A stretch of 64,000 nucleotides of DNA from an uncultured Candidatus Saccharibacteria bacterium (GCA_964600985.1 CAZRJR010000001.1:235534-299533), one strand, 5' to 3'. Counted from the stretch's first letter, positions 37,656-47,452 are shown. Numbers and translations: made by a program. Notes: a model not told the origin generated them from the sequence alone.

Positions 37656-38902
37656 AGCAATTTGCTCCAAATACAGGAGTTAAGCGGCTGGATCGTAGCC
37701 AGTCTATCCTAATTGGGATTATTACCACAGTTGTACTGGCTTCAGTGGTAGGTGTGTACTTGCGTTATTTCTCACACGCCGCAGGGCCTGCTCTAACTAT
37801 ACGAGTCAGCACAGGCATGATTGCTGGCGGAGCTAGCGTTGTATCGGCAAACGATGCTAATGGAGGCAAATACATTGTATTTGGGAGTGGAGCACAAAAC
37901 CCTACCCAGCCTCCGCCACCCCCACCACCTGCTGCCTCAGCTCCGGCGCGCTTGTGGGGCGTGCAGATTCATTCGGTGCCACCCACTGATACTACTGAGA
38001 ACCTTATGCGTGACTTGGACGCAGCAAAGGACTTGGGTGCTACGGTTGTTCGAGCGCCGATCAGTTGGCGCGGTGTGGAATGGAGCGGCAAGGGGCAGTA
38101 CGACGAACGCTATCTTGCCGGTATGGACGCGCTTATGCAGGGAGCGTATGCCCGCGGGATCAAAGTAATTGCTACCATCGCCGATACCCCTACCTGGGCT
38201 TCTCCGGGCGGTACCTGGAATGCAATTCCAACCGATATGGGTGGAATTGGTGACTTCGCGCGATTTATGACGAGTCGGTACAAATCTCAGTACCCAGGCG
38301 TAATTGCGGCTACCGAAGCCTGGAATGAGCCCAATGTAAGTGGAAACCTACTCAGTAGCGATGTGCCCAGGGACTACACAGCTATGGTTAAGTCAGTTTA
38401 TACTGGCACCAAGGCCGGTGACCCTAGTGTCCCTGTATTAGCGGGTTCGCTCTCGTATGCGGATACAGGGTTTATGAGCCAGCTCTATGCCAAGGGTATA
38501 AAAGGCTCTTATGATGGTGTGGCAATTCACCCTTACTCCGACACATCTGACCCCACTAACATGAATATTGTACATAGCTTCAAGGGCGGTATCGAGAGCT
38601 TTCATGCCGCGCAGACTGCAGCGGGCGACGTTACACCGCTGTGGATTACCGAGTTTGGCTGGACTACCTCTTCGAGCGCAGGCGGAGTTACTCTACAGCA
38701 GCAGTCCGACTACAGTGTGGCTGCATATGATGTTATGAAGCCTTACTCGTATATATTGGCAGGCACTCTTTATCAGATCCGTGATCAAAAGGAAGACCCG
38801 GCTAGTCACGAAGATAACTTTGGCCTCATGCACAATAACTTCACGCAGCGCCCAGCCTATACTACGGTGAAGGCTAAGCTTCCAACAATGCCACGCCAGT
38901 AG
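37652..38902 (+). CDS. Secreted clan-A glycoside hydrolase (GH5/GH39-like)
   Basis: WNEPN acid/base, AIHPY, LWITEFGW nucleophile; poly-Pro linker. Confidence 0.85.
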   Translation: MKQFAPNTGVKRLDRSQSILIGIITTVVLASVVGVYLRYFSHAAGPALTIRVSTGMIAGGASVVSANDANGGKYIVFGSGAQNPTQPPPPPPPAASAPARLWGVQIHSVPPTDTTENLMRDLDAAKDLGATVVRAPISWRGVEWSGKGQYDERYLAGMDALMQGAYARGIKVIATIADTPTWASPGGTWNAIPTDMGGIGDFARFMTSRYKSQYPGVIAATEAWNEPNVSGNLLSSDVPRDYTAMVKSVYTGTKAGDPSVPVLAGSLSYADTGFMSQLYAKGIKGSYDGVAIHPYSDTSDPTNMNIVHSFKGGIESFHAAQTAAGDVTPLWITEFGWTTSSSAGGVTLQQQSDYSVAAYDVMKPYSYILAGTLYQIRDQKEDPASHEDNFGLMHNNFTQRPAYTTVKAKLPTMPRQ

Positions 38903-38915
38903 TTGCTGCGGAAAC

Positions 38916-39728
38916 TTACTTGCCGCGGATTGCCCGCAGCACTTCTTTGGCATAGGCTTGGTTGAACACGTGGGTGGCACGCACTGTGGTGAGTGATATA
39001 TTGTCGCCACTTTTAGTTAGCTCAATGAGGTTGGGCTTTATTACTACAGGGTCGAATGCGCCATGAATTATGTGTACCGGTATTGGCAGTGAAGCGGCAT
39101 CACGCATGGCAGTTTGGTTTATGATACTCGAACGCATACTAGCGGCATACATGGCAATATTGTCTCGTGTTATATCAAGACTTGGGTCGAGCTTAGACGA
39201 TTTGCCGAAGCCATACAGTTTGATTATGAGTTCGGGTGAATCGAGGAGCTTTGCGTAAGTAAGGCGTAAAAGCTGCTCGCGGCTTAGCTTGCTGGTGTCG
39301 CTAGCTGGTCGATATATCGGCGGGCTACAGAGTATAAGTTGTCGGGTAAAACGTGGATAGCGTTTGGCAAACTCAATTGCCACGAGCGCTCCGAGGGAAT
39401 GCCCCACAATTGTAACCGGCCCATAGAGTCGAAGCTTCAAATATGTAGCTAGGAGCGAGCGAGCTTGCAGACGAGCATCGTACGATTCCCAGTATGGGGC
39501 TGGCGATTTACCAAAGCCAAGCAGGTCTACCGCTACAACGTTAACGTTGGTTGGCAGTTGTTCGATGAGAGATTGCCACATGGCACCCGTGGATCCCAGG
39601 CCATGAATGAGTAGGAGGGTTTGAGGCGCTTTCTTACTGCGTCGAATATGGCGTACATGGAGGGTATATGGCACACGCAGCCATTTATGGAGAATAACGT
39701 TGCCGAGTTTTGCAGGTCTCTTGGTCAT
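38916..39728 (-). CDS. Alpha/beta hydrolase
   Basis: HGLG, DLLGFGKS, GHSLG. Confidence 0.92.
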   Translation of the reverse strand: MTKRPAKLGNVILHKWLRVPYTLHVRHIRRSKKAPQTLLLIHGLGSTGAMWQSLIEQLPTNVNVVAVDLLGFGKSPAPYWESYDARLQARSLLATYLKLRLYGPVTIVGHSLGALVAIEFAKRYPRFTRQLILCSPPIYRPASDTSKLSREQLLRLTYAKLLDSPELIIKLYGFGKSSKLDPSLDITRDNIAMYAASMRSSIINQTAMRDAASLPIPVHIIHGAFDPVVIKPNLIELTKSGDNISLTTVRATHVFNQAYAKEVLRAIRGK

Positions 39729-39766
39729 ATCTTACATTTTAACGATTAAGCTTAGCTCGTACTAGG

Positions 39767-40370
39767 TTACTGGTGTTTAGGGCGTGAAACATACGGATTG
39801 TCCTTTATATAGAACCGCCAGGGAGTTTCGGTTGCTTTGGTTATGCCGATCCTAGTGGTTCGCACGATGTTACTAGGATTAAGAGGCTTTTCTACAGTGA
39901 GCTTGAGTGGGGGTAAAGTTATGTCATGATTGTTTAGACTCATGTCTATAGCAAGTGCCTGACAGATCTATAGCAAGTGCCTGACAGAGTTTTGCTGGGC
40001 CATTAGTCAAATTGGGTCCGCGTACATTTCTGAGTGAAAGCATAGTATTTAAACCTTCTATTGGCTGGACTGCTCGAATAAGCACGGCGGCGCCCTCATT
40101 GGCGCCGCCAGTGACTATATTGCAACAGTAATGCATGCCGTAGGTAAAATACACATAGAGCCTTCCCGCTGGCCCAAACATCACCTCATTTCTCATACTA
40201 GGTCCCTTAAAGCTGTGACTGGCTGCGTCAAGCTGATCGTAAGCCTCGGTTTCAACGATGGTAGCCCTGAGGGAGCGACCATTGTAGTTTCTTTCGAGTT
40301 GACAGCCTAAGAGTCGCCTGGCGACTATCGGCGCTGGCAAAGTAAGAAAGCTGAGTGCAGTGTGTTGCAT
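39767..40370 (-). pseudogene. DNA-3-methyladenine glycosylase (MPG), frameshifted by a 22-bp tandem duplication
   Basis: IVETEAY, YFTYGMH, NGPAKLCQAL; C-terminal TTRIGI..PWRF..NPYVS continues in another frame; removing one copy restores a 193-aa ORF. Confidence 0.9.
39945..39988. repeat. Perfect 22-bp tandem duplication
   Basis: TCTATAGCAAGTGCCTGACAGA x2. Confidence 0.97.
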
Positions 40371-40440
40371 ATAGTACTCCTTGTCGATCCTACTATACCT
40401 GCATTAAGTACTATGATTCTAGAGCTTAGAGTATACTTAT

Positions 40441-40815
40441 ATGGATAACGACTGGAAGGCAATAATGACAAATCATCGCATATATTCCATGAGTGTGGCC
40501 AGCGTATACCCACTTTATGTGGCAAAAGCCGAGCGCAAAGGTCGCACCAAGGCAGAAGTCGATCAAATAATTCATTGGCTTACTGGTTATAGTAAGGATC
40601 AATTCACTAAGGTCTTGGACAAAGAAATAGATTTCGAAACATTTTTTATCCAAGCTCCAAAGCTCAACCCAGCACGAAAGCTCATTACGGGTGTAGTTTG
40701 CGGTGTACGAGTCGAAGACATTACTGAGCCGACTATGCAGGAAATCCGCTACCTCGATAAGTTAATTGATGAACTAGCCAAAGGAAAGGCTATGGATAAG
40801 ATCCTGCGAGCGTAA
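40441..40815 (+). CDS. DUF2200 family protein
   Basis: [29 protein letters not shown]. Confidence 0.93.
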   Translation: MDNDWKAIMTNHRIYSMSVASVYPLYVAKAERKGRTKAEVDQIIHWLTGYSKDQFTKVLDKEIDFETFFIQAPKLNPARKLITGVVCGVRVEDITEPTMQEIRYLDKLIDELAKGKAMDKILRA

Positions 40816-40827
40816 TACTATAGAGCT

Positions 40828-41229
40828 ATGCCAGAGAAGCCAGTTTCAGAGCAAATCGACGATATAATCACCAAGCACGCGGGCTGGAAGGGGGAGTTAC
40901 TTACCGATCTACGACAAGTTGTACTGGATGCCGATCCAACGATTACTGAAGAAATAAAGTGGCGCATGGCTACGCGACCAGAAGGCCTGCCCGTGTGGTC
41001 GCATAATAGGATTATTTGTTTTGCTGAGATGTGGAAGGACAATGTTAAGCTACTGTTCCCAAAAGGAGCTCAACTACAGGATCGCCACAAGGCGTTTAAT
41101 GCACGGCTCAAAAGTAAAGCTATACGTGCGATTGAGTATAAAGAGGGCGATAAAGTTGAGCCGGACTCCCTCAAGGAGTTGGTCCAGCAAGCAGCGAAAG
41201 CCAACGAAACTAAAAACAAGCCCTCGTAG
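40828..41229 (+). CDS. DUF1801 (YdhG-like) protein
   Basis: EEIKW...PVW..F.KGA.L.D pattern. Confidence 0.88.
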   Translation: MPEKPVSEQIDDIITKHAGWKGELLTDLRQVVLDADPTITEEIKWRMATRPEGLPVWSHNRIICFAEMWKDNVKLLFPKGAQLQDRHKAFNARLKSKAIRAIEYKEGDKVEPDSLKELVQQAAKANETKNKPS

Positions 41230-41262
41230 TTGAGGGCTTGTTTTTTAGTAAAGCGCATCTGG

Positions 41263-41424
41263 CTAAAAGACCTGCGCTAAGATCCATGCTGTGACAGCTA
41301 GGCTGATAAAGAACAGGCCAAGTCCAACTGGCGATCCCCAGCTGAACCATGAGCCCCATGCTCGCCAATGTTTTTGCGAGCGTTCATACCAGTCAATCTG
41401 CTCTTCTTTGGACAGTTTTGTCAT
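41263..41424 (-). CDS. Small 53-aa membrane protein (below ORF-track cutoff)
   Basis: GGGAG RBS; MTKLSKEEQIDWYERSQKHWRAWGSWFSWGSPVGLGLFFISLAVTAWILAQVF. Confidence 0.6.
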   Translation of the reverse strand: MTKLSKEEQIDWYERSQKHWRAWGSWFSWGSPVGLGLFFISLAVTAWILAQVF

Positions 41425-41842
41425 GGCTTTGACTCCCATAGTTAATGCTATAGTGGGTCTCTACTAGCTTGTTTGCCGGCACGTAAGTTGTTCCAAGAGA
41501 TGTGGCTTGCGTTAGATAGTCGGACTTAATAACAAGAGCTATTATAGCAGAATAGACCGATAAATGGCCGCATCTATGCTTGAATGCGCAAAACGTATTA
41601 TGCGGGTGATGCTGTAAGATTTCTTATAGTGGTCAATCTGGGATACTAGTAGTATGAATACGGGTTGTACGTATGCAGCTCTTGCTTGGGCCCCGTAGGG
41701 TTAATATGCTTACTCTCACGTTATGGGCATACCTTGTGTTACCTCGAGTCTTGTGCTCGAAACCATGCCTTTACGGGGTCCAACTTGCGATTATCTCCTG
41801 ATAGCATTTCGACCATGCCTGCTACGAGTTATATATTGAGTA

Positions 41843-41871
41843 TTGACAATGCATTATATTAATGCTATTAT
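41843..41871 (+). promoter_or_regulatory. Sigma70 promoter with a palindromic spacer
   Basis: TTGACA-N17-TATTAT; GCATTA-TAT-TAATGC at 41851-41865. Confidence 0.75.
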
Positions 41872-41926
41872 TCATGAGTTGCGCGGGAATCCGTCTCGCA
41901 CACGTAGACCCATAAAGGGGAAGAAA

Positions 41927-42415
41927 GTGAAGAAGATCCTCGAGTTCGTGCTCACCATCGCGAGCAAGATGAAGATCACCGGATCGATCGAGACGACCGA
42001 TGCCACCAAGGTGCCCGACGGGGCCATGAAGGAGCGGTTCAGCCGCCTCAGCGCCCCCCTCACCGTCTTCGGTCAGCACATCTTCGACATCGTGAAGCCC
42101 GGCGGCAACTTCGCCACCGACTGCGAGAAGCTCGCCACCGACTCCGGCACCTCCGTCGTCACGATGCAGATCCCGCTGTCCGAGGGCATGTGCTTCGCCG
42201 TCAAGATGGACATCACGACCGACGGCTACCAGCCGGCGCCTTCCGACCTGCACGAGCTGGTGGCCGAGAGCATCGACCCGGCGCTCGAGGAGATCGGCAC
42301 CATCTGGTTCGGGCCCGACACCGACTCCGAGATCATCGCCGCCTGGCAGATCGATGCGGGGGCGGCGATCCGCGAGCAGCTCGGCCTGGAGACCCGTCAG
42401 CTCGTCGGGAGCTGA
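41927..42415 (+). CDS. Orphan hypothetical protein, very high GC3
   Basis: GTG start after AAGGGG; almost all codons end in C/G; GC-rich hairpins downstream. Confidence 0.75.
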   Translation: MKKILEFVLTIASKMKITGSIETTDATKVPDGAMKERFSRLSAPLTVFGQHIFDIVKPGGNFATDCEKLATDSGTSVVTMQIPLSEGMCFAVKMDITTDGYQPAPSDLHELVAESIDPALEEIGTIWFGPDTDSEIIAAWQIDAGAAIREQLGLETRQLVGS

Positions 42416-42603
42416 CCTTCACGGCCGGGCCGGCCAACCCTCCCCATCACCGGCTGGGACCCCTTCGGGGGTCCCAGCAAGGGGACAACTTAAGGACTAC
42501 TTCGAAAGAGGTGGTCCTCTTTCGTTATAGCAAGAAGGCCACTTGTAGCCACATAACGATCAGTGGGCCATGTTTGTTTGCTCATGTGGTTAAGTGGTAG
42601 TAT

Positions 42604-42861
42604 ATGGGGGTATTTGGGTACTACACGATGAAGCAGGGTTCTAATAAGAAAAAGATCTATGGCTGGATTGGAGTACTTATGCTGCCAGTCTCCTTTGCTT
42701 TATATGTATTTGGTGGGCTTGCTTTGCGGGCCACAAACTTATCAGAGGGGATGAGTGTTCTGTCAAATGCTCTGAACGCGCTTATATTTATTACTAGCTT
42801 CGTGGGGTTCTTTGCACTTCCTGTTGGGGTAATCTTTTTAGTCCAAGCTTACCGCAAGTAA
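42604..42861 (+). CDS. Small two-TM membrane protein
   Basis: Two hydrophobic segments. Confidence 0.6.
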   Translation: MGVFGYYTMKQGSNKKKIYGWIGVLMLPVSFALYVFGGLALRATNLSEGMSVLSNALNALIFITSFVGFFALPVGVIFLVQAYRK

Positions 42862-42877
42862 GCACTGACTTCTTTTT

Positions 42878-43570
42878 CTAGCGTAGTTCCGGCTTATTCG
42901 AATTTATCTCGTCCCAAAATGCATCGGCCCAGTTCTTGTAGCTCAGGTTATTGGGGTGGAATAAGTCAGGCGCAAAACCAAAGATACTTTGATGGGCAGT
43001 AGTTTGCTTCTCGAGTTCTACCAGTCTAATATTTGGATCTTGCGCAACTAATTGTCGAATAATAGCCCCGGCAGCTTTTGCTGGTTTCGTCAGTGACGGA
43101 CGGCTGTTGAAGAGCGGTAAGTCACTAACGTAGGTGCCTTGGGGTAGCTTGGAAAGCAGTTGAGCAAACTCATGGCGAAAACGGTTCTCGCTAAAGTCTC
43201 GAACATTATTTGCACCAACTTCGATCGTTACATAATCGGCTTTAATGTCGGAGGCAAGTGGGAGCTGCTCATTCAAGACGTCAGAGATTCGAGCACCTGT
43301 GGAGCTAAGGTTGATCACCCTAACCTTCTTACCCGTACGCACTTCTAGTCGCTTGACTATTAACCCTACGTAGCCACGCATAGGGCTTGTCGCACCAATG
43401 CCTTGTGCGGCCGAATCGCCGAGTGCTAGGTAGGTAATTTCACCGGGCTGCTGAGCTTTCTCTTGCCAGAACGTCTTGTAGCGAGCGACGCTTAAGTATA
43501 ACCAAAATAGTGTCATAATCTCTATCGCAATGAGGCAGCCGATAAGACCTATAATGATCTTCAGGAGCAT
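42878..43570 (-). CDS. SGNH/GDSL hydrolase
   Basis: ALGDS, GANN, DLFHPN. Confidence 0.92.
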   Translation of the reverse strand: MLLKIIIGLIGCLIAIEIMTLFWLYLSVARYKTFWQEKAQQPGEITYLALGDSAAQGIGATSPMRGYVGLIVKRLEVRTGKKVRVINLSSTGARISDVLNEQLPLASDIKADYVTIEVGANNVRDFSENRFRHEFAQLLSKLPQGTYVSDLPLFNSRPSLTKPAKAAGAIIRQLVAQDPNIRLVELEKQTTAHQSIFGFAPDLFHPNNLSYKNWADAFWDEINSNKPELR

Positions 43571-43957
43571 TTACTTGTCTTGCAATACAGATAGAATATT
43601 GCCAGCCGGATCTTTGAACCAAGCAATGTCTGGGCCTTGGTTGGCTCGGAGCCCACGAAGCACACCTTTTTCATCTTGGAGTGCGGGTAGGTTGTCGTAG
43701 TGCTCAAGCGTTACGCCTTTTTCGGTTAGCTCATCAATTGCCGCATCGATATTATCAACCACGAAGTTTAGAGTGGTAGAAGTTGGGGAAATGTAGTCGG
43801 GTTTAGCGTAAACGAATAGTTCATCCCTACCTGGTAATTCCAACCGTAAGCCCATGGTCTCATCTATGAGTGTAAGTCCGAGTGTTTTTGTATAGAATTC
43901 TTTAGCTTTTTGTAGATCGTCTACCGATAGTCCACTAAAGGCAGCTCGTATGTTCAT
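43571..43957 (-). CDS. VOC/glyoxalase family protein
   Basis: AKEFY...LGL, LNFVV, AWFKDPAGN. Confidence 0.93.
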   Translation of the reverse strand: MNIRAAFSGLSVDDLQKAKEFYTKTLGLTLIDETMGLRLELPGRDELFVYAKPDYISPTSTTLNFVVDNIDAAIDELTEKGVTLEHYDNLPALQDEKGVLRGLRANQGPDIAWFKDPAGNILSVLQDK

Positions 43958-44246
43958 ATCGGGGTCTCCTCTTTACTCTATATCTCAAGTATACTCTTAT
44001 ATTCTTACGAATGATGTGAACTTCGTTAGCAAGATTTAGAGTAAAAGCGAAACCCTCCCGAGCTCCGCGTATTGCTATGCGAAACCCAAGAGGGTATTTT
44101 GAAAGCTTCAAACATACGCTGGCCGCCTCAATGCCAATGCCCCGGAGCGCAAGTTCCGGGGCATAATTCGTTTTAGGGATAAATCATAAAAAGAGAAGGC
44201 CCCTCGCGGGACCTCCTCACAGCTTGAGTGAAGAAGCCCGGAGGGG

Positions 44247-44567
44247 CTAGTTTGGTTGCGGATGCATGACTCGACGATGAACGCCGAGGCCGCGTTTGGT
44301 GAACTTGCGAGGGCAGTCCGGGCACTGGAGGTGCGGCTTGGCCTTGTGATGGTCGAGGACGTTCTCGCTCCCGAAGCTTGCCCCGCATCCACCGATGGTG
44401 CAGATGTGGCCCCTGGCTTGCTTGACGATGAAGGACTCACTCAGCGCCGCCCCACACTGGCCACCATGACCGTTTGGAGCAGGGCAGGCGTCCAGATCTT
44501 CTCCGTCCACCGAGATCAAGCCATGCCCCTCGGGGCATTCGCGAACCAGCCAAACAGGTGTGGTCAT
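44247..44567 (-). CDS. Small protein with two C2H2 zinc fingers and a further Cys/His site
   Basis: CTIGGCGASFGSENVLDHHKAKPH and CPDCPRKFTKRGLGVHRRVMH; GAGG RBS; own promoter and terminator. Confidence 0.75.
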   Translation of the reverse strand: MTTPVWLVRECPEGHGLISVDGEDLDACPAPNGHGGQCGAALSESFIVKQARGHICTIGGCGASFGSENVLDHHKAKPHLQCPDCPRKFTKRGLGVHRRVMHPQPN

Positions 44568-44630
44568 AATGACCTCTCGAATGAATCTGTGGGGCGGCCA
44601 CAGCCGACGTCCGTTGGGGACGATAGTAAT

Positions 44631-44659
44631 ATGATATACTAACTTAGTATAAAAGTCAA
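44631..44659 (-). promoter_or_regulatory. Sigma70 promoter with a 17-bp palindrome
   Basis: TTGACT-N17-TATCAT; TATACTAA-N-TTAGTATA at 44635-44651. Confidence 0.7.
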
Positions 44660-44682
44660 TATCTGACTAAACTAAGTAGGTT

Positions 44683-46752
44683 TTACTTATTAACCTCGCC
44701 TTTAACCAGATCTAACACAACCTTATTACCATTCTTGAGTACCTTGGTGGCATGCACCGTACCTACAATACAGGGGAGATTAAACTCACGGGCTACAATC
44801 GCTGCGTGGCTCATCATGCCTCCGTGATCAGTTACGAGCGCTGCAGCCTTGCGCATAATTGGCACATAGCTCGGTCCGGTGCTTGGTACTACCACAATCT
44901 TGCCGGGCGCAACTTGCTCAGCTGGATCATGCACTACCACAACTTCACCAGTCATGAAGTGTTTACCACCACGTGAGCTGACAATACCCTTAAGTACCGT
45001 ACTGGCGGCCTTATACTCAACATACCAATCCCAGCTGCGCTCCACGTCGTCTTTTGTGAGATCGATGTTCTTACCATTAATAAAAGTCCAACCATAGTAT
45101 TGCTGAGTATCGGAGTCCACTAAGTCTTCTAATCGGCAACGTTCAATAACGCTAAGTTCTGCATTTCGCTCGCGAGCCAAGGCTTGTGCCATCTTCTCAA
45201 TCACGGGCCGGGTTTGCATCATCCAAGCCTTACGGTCATCCATAAACTCAGCAATTCGACGAGCGAGATTGAGCTGATGTTGGATGTCTTCACTGAGTTT
45301 AAACTCTTGAGCGATCGCAGCACGATCTGCCTCTGAACCCAAGACAGCATCACTATTACCCTCAAGATCTTTGATGCGCTGGGTAAAGTAAGTAACAAGA
45401 CTCTCGCGTTTAGCCACCCCAGCATAGCTATTAAGCGCCCATCGAAACTCGTCGGCCAGCTTCTCGGGATCCTTCAAGCGTAGTACTTTCTCATCAATCT
45501 GATTAATAAAAGTTGGTTTATCCGGCAAGCTATACGCACCCCAAATGCGGTGAATATCTTTCTCATCAAAACCCTTGAGATGCTTGGCGATCGTAGCTTC
45601 AGCACCATAGAGGGAAAACTCGGCTGCGAAGGTGGTTTGCCAGACAGCAGTGAGAAGGGGAAGTAACTCACCTGGTTGATAGGTTTTACTCAGATCAATC
45701 GCATCGACGGCTGCTCGCCACTGGGCTTGATCGTCATCTAAGTCACCATGCTCGGCATACCAAGCAAACAGCGGCTCAGTAAACTCAGCAAAGGCCGCTT
45801 TCTTATTGAGCCAAAGGAACTTATCTTGATGCAGAAGGACGAGGGTCTTGGGTGGGTTGGGGTAGGTGGTGTCGGTGTGCCACTGGGTGAAGGTAGTACG
45901 CACCGCGGCCAGGAAGTCGCTCATATATAAGGTGCGGCCTTGGGCAGGACCCCAGTAGAAGAGATCGCCCGGATCACCGAGGTAGTGATAGCCCTCGCCG
46001 GTGCGCTCGATGTTGAGAGTAGTAATAGGGCGAGACTGGGTGATCCAGAGCTTACCGGACTTATCGATAGCCCACTCGATGTCTTGTGGGGCGCCGGCAA
46101 AGAGCTGTTCAATCTCCAGGCCAAGCCGGATGAGCTCGTCGGTTGCAAAGGGGATGGGGAGGGCAGAGGAGAGCTGCTTGGTGGTGCGGTCGTAGGTGAA
46201 GTCTTCGGGGGTGGCTTTGCCGCTGACGAGTTGTTCGCCAACACCCTGGACGTACTCGATGACGAGCTGGTTGGCACCGCTGACAGGGTTTTGGGTGAAC
46301 ATGACGCCAGCGTAGGCGGGGTCGATCATCTCTTGGACGACAACCGCGACCTGGATGGCTTGCTTGTTGTTAGAGGCTTCTGAGTAGGCCTTGGCACGGG
46401 CTTTGATAGCAGCGTGACACTGTTCGACCTTCTGGGGCACATCGGCCGCGGCGACATAGAGGAAGGTCTCGAATTGGCCGGCCCACGAGGAGTCGATGGC
46501 GTCCTCGACGGTGGCGGAAGAGCGGACGGCGAAGAGGGTGTCGGGCGCGCGGGTGGCGAGGAGGGTTGTGAGATGGGTGGCGGCTGCGGGGGTCAGGGTT
46601 GCGCTTTCTTCGTCTGTGAAGGCGTCGATGCTGATCGCTAAGCCGTCGGGGACGGGGAGCTTGGCTTGGAGCATTGAGGCGAGGTTAGTGGCCTTGCCAC
46701 CGTAGAGGGTGGAGGAGGTGGCGTTTTGTAGGGGATTGATGGTTTGTTGCAT
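44683..46752 (-). CDS. PEP-utilising/ATP-grasp phosphotransferase (PEP synthase / rifamycin phosphotransferase-like architecture)
   Basis: GGKATNL, AVRSSAT.ED, DIEWA, QSRPIT; C-terminal SHAAIVARE swivel domain. Confidence 0.88.
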   Translation of the reverse strand: MQQTINPLQNATSSTLYGGKATNLASMLQAKLPVPDGLAISIDAFTDEESATLTPAAATHLTTLLATRAPDTLFAVRSSATVEDAIDSSWAGQFETFLYVAAADVPQKVEQCHAAIKARAKAYSEASNNKQAIQVAVVVQEMIDPAYAGVMFTQNPVSGANQLVIEYVQGVGEQLVSGKATPEDFTYDRTTKQLSSALPIPFATDELIRLGLEIEQLFAGAPQDIEWAIDKSGKLWITQSRPITTLNIERTGEGYHYLGDPGDLFYWGPAQGRTLYMSDFLAAVRTTFTQWHTDTTYPNPPKTLVLLHQDKFLWLNKKAAFAEFTEPLFAWYAEHGDLDDDQAQWRAAVDAIDLSKTYQPGELLPLLTAVWQTTFAAEFSLYGAEATIAKHLKGFDEKDIHRIWGAYSLPDKPTFINQIDEKVLRLKDPEKLADEFRWALNSYAGVAKRESLVTYFTQRIKDLEGNSDAVLGSEADRAAIAQEFKLSEDIQHQLNLARRIAEFMDDRKAWMMQTRPVIEKMAQALARERNAELSVIERCRLEDLVDSDTQQYYGWTFINGKNIDLTKDDVERSWDWYVEYKAASTVLKGIVSSRGGKHFMTGEVVVVHDPAEQVAPGKIVVVPSTGPSYVPIMRKAAALVTDHGGMMSHAAIVAREFNLPCIVGTVHATKVLKNGNKVVLDLVKGEVNK

Positions 46753-46795
46753 AAGGTTACTCTAGCGCTGGCTACGTTGTTAATTGGGGTTAAAA

Positions 46796-47452
46796 TTACT
46801 GTGCAGCAGTCAATTTATCGATTGGAAAATCCCGCCAATTATCAAAACTGGCTGTTACAGCTGGCTCAGACTTAAGTTGGCTCAAGTCGTAGAATAGATG
46901 GTGTTGTGGCGGTGCGAACAAGAAGAGGGGGACTTTAGCGTTCTGGGCAGCACCTGTATCCTTATCGGAGTCACCAACGAAGACGGTATTTTTAATCTCG
47001 CTACCTAGACGCTCAAGAGCAATAAAAAGCGGAGCTGGATCAGGTTTGTGTTTATCGGTATCACCAGCAGATATAATTACGTCGAACATGTGTTCTATCT
47101 TATTATTACTAAGGGCAGAAGAGAGCATCTTCGATGTTGATGTTGAGACAAGTCCAAGTTTGAACCCTTTTTCTTTTAACGACTTTAAGGTGTCTTCTGC
47201 ACCGGGGTATAACTCTACTTTTTCCAATCTTTCATAGACCGTCTCAAGGTGCTGGTTATATTCATCGACATCTTTTGGCTTAACACCTAAATCAATATAT
47301 GCATCCCATATACCAAATCTACTACTTATATCCTTATCAGAGGGGTGTACACCAACTTTGGCATACGCCTCCTTGAATGTTTGTAGCCACACTTCTAGGG
47401 TTTGTGCCAGAGTTCCGTCCCAATCAAAAAGAATAGTGTTAATCTTTTTCAT
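46796..47452 (-). CDS. HAD-family phosphatase
   Basis: FDWDGTL, KPDP, VGDS..D. Confidence 0.93.
   Translation of the reverse strand: MKKINTILFDWDGTLAQTLEVWLQTFKEAYAKVGVHPSDKDISSRFGIWDAYIDLGVKPKDVDEYNQHLETVYERLEKVELYPGAEDTLKSLKEKGFKLGLVSTSTSKMLSSALSNNKIEHMFDVIISAGDTDKHKPDPAPLFIALERLGSEIKNTVFVGDSDKDTGAAQNAKVPLFLFAPPQHHLFYDLSQLKSEPAVTASFDNWRDFPIDKLTAAQ

Noticed and set aside
37908-37932. CCN-rich repeat
   Set aside because: Encodes the poly-Pro linker of the glycoside hydrolase.
41430-41820. Possible gene or remnant in this intergenic gap (ORF 41665-41862)
   Set aside because: No RBS, no motif, only short frames; cannot be supported.
41908-41922. Leader similarity ACCCATAAAGGG with ACCCCACAAGGG upstream of the 57875 gene
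   Set aside because: Short, imperfect and partly explained by the RBS; too weak to report separately.
41822-42600. Antisense and alternate-frame ORFs over the GC-rich orphan (also those over 27.8-28.6, 45.9-46.7 and 57.8-58.6 kb)
   Set aside because: Shadow ORFs caused by high GC3; promoter, RBS and codon bias support only one frame.
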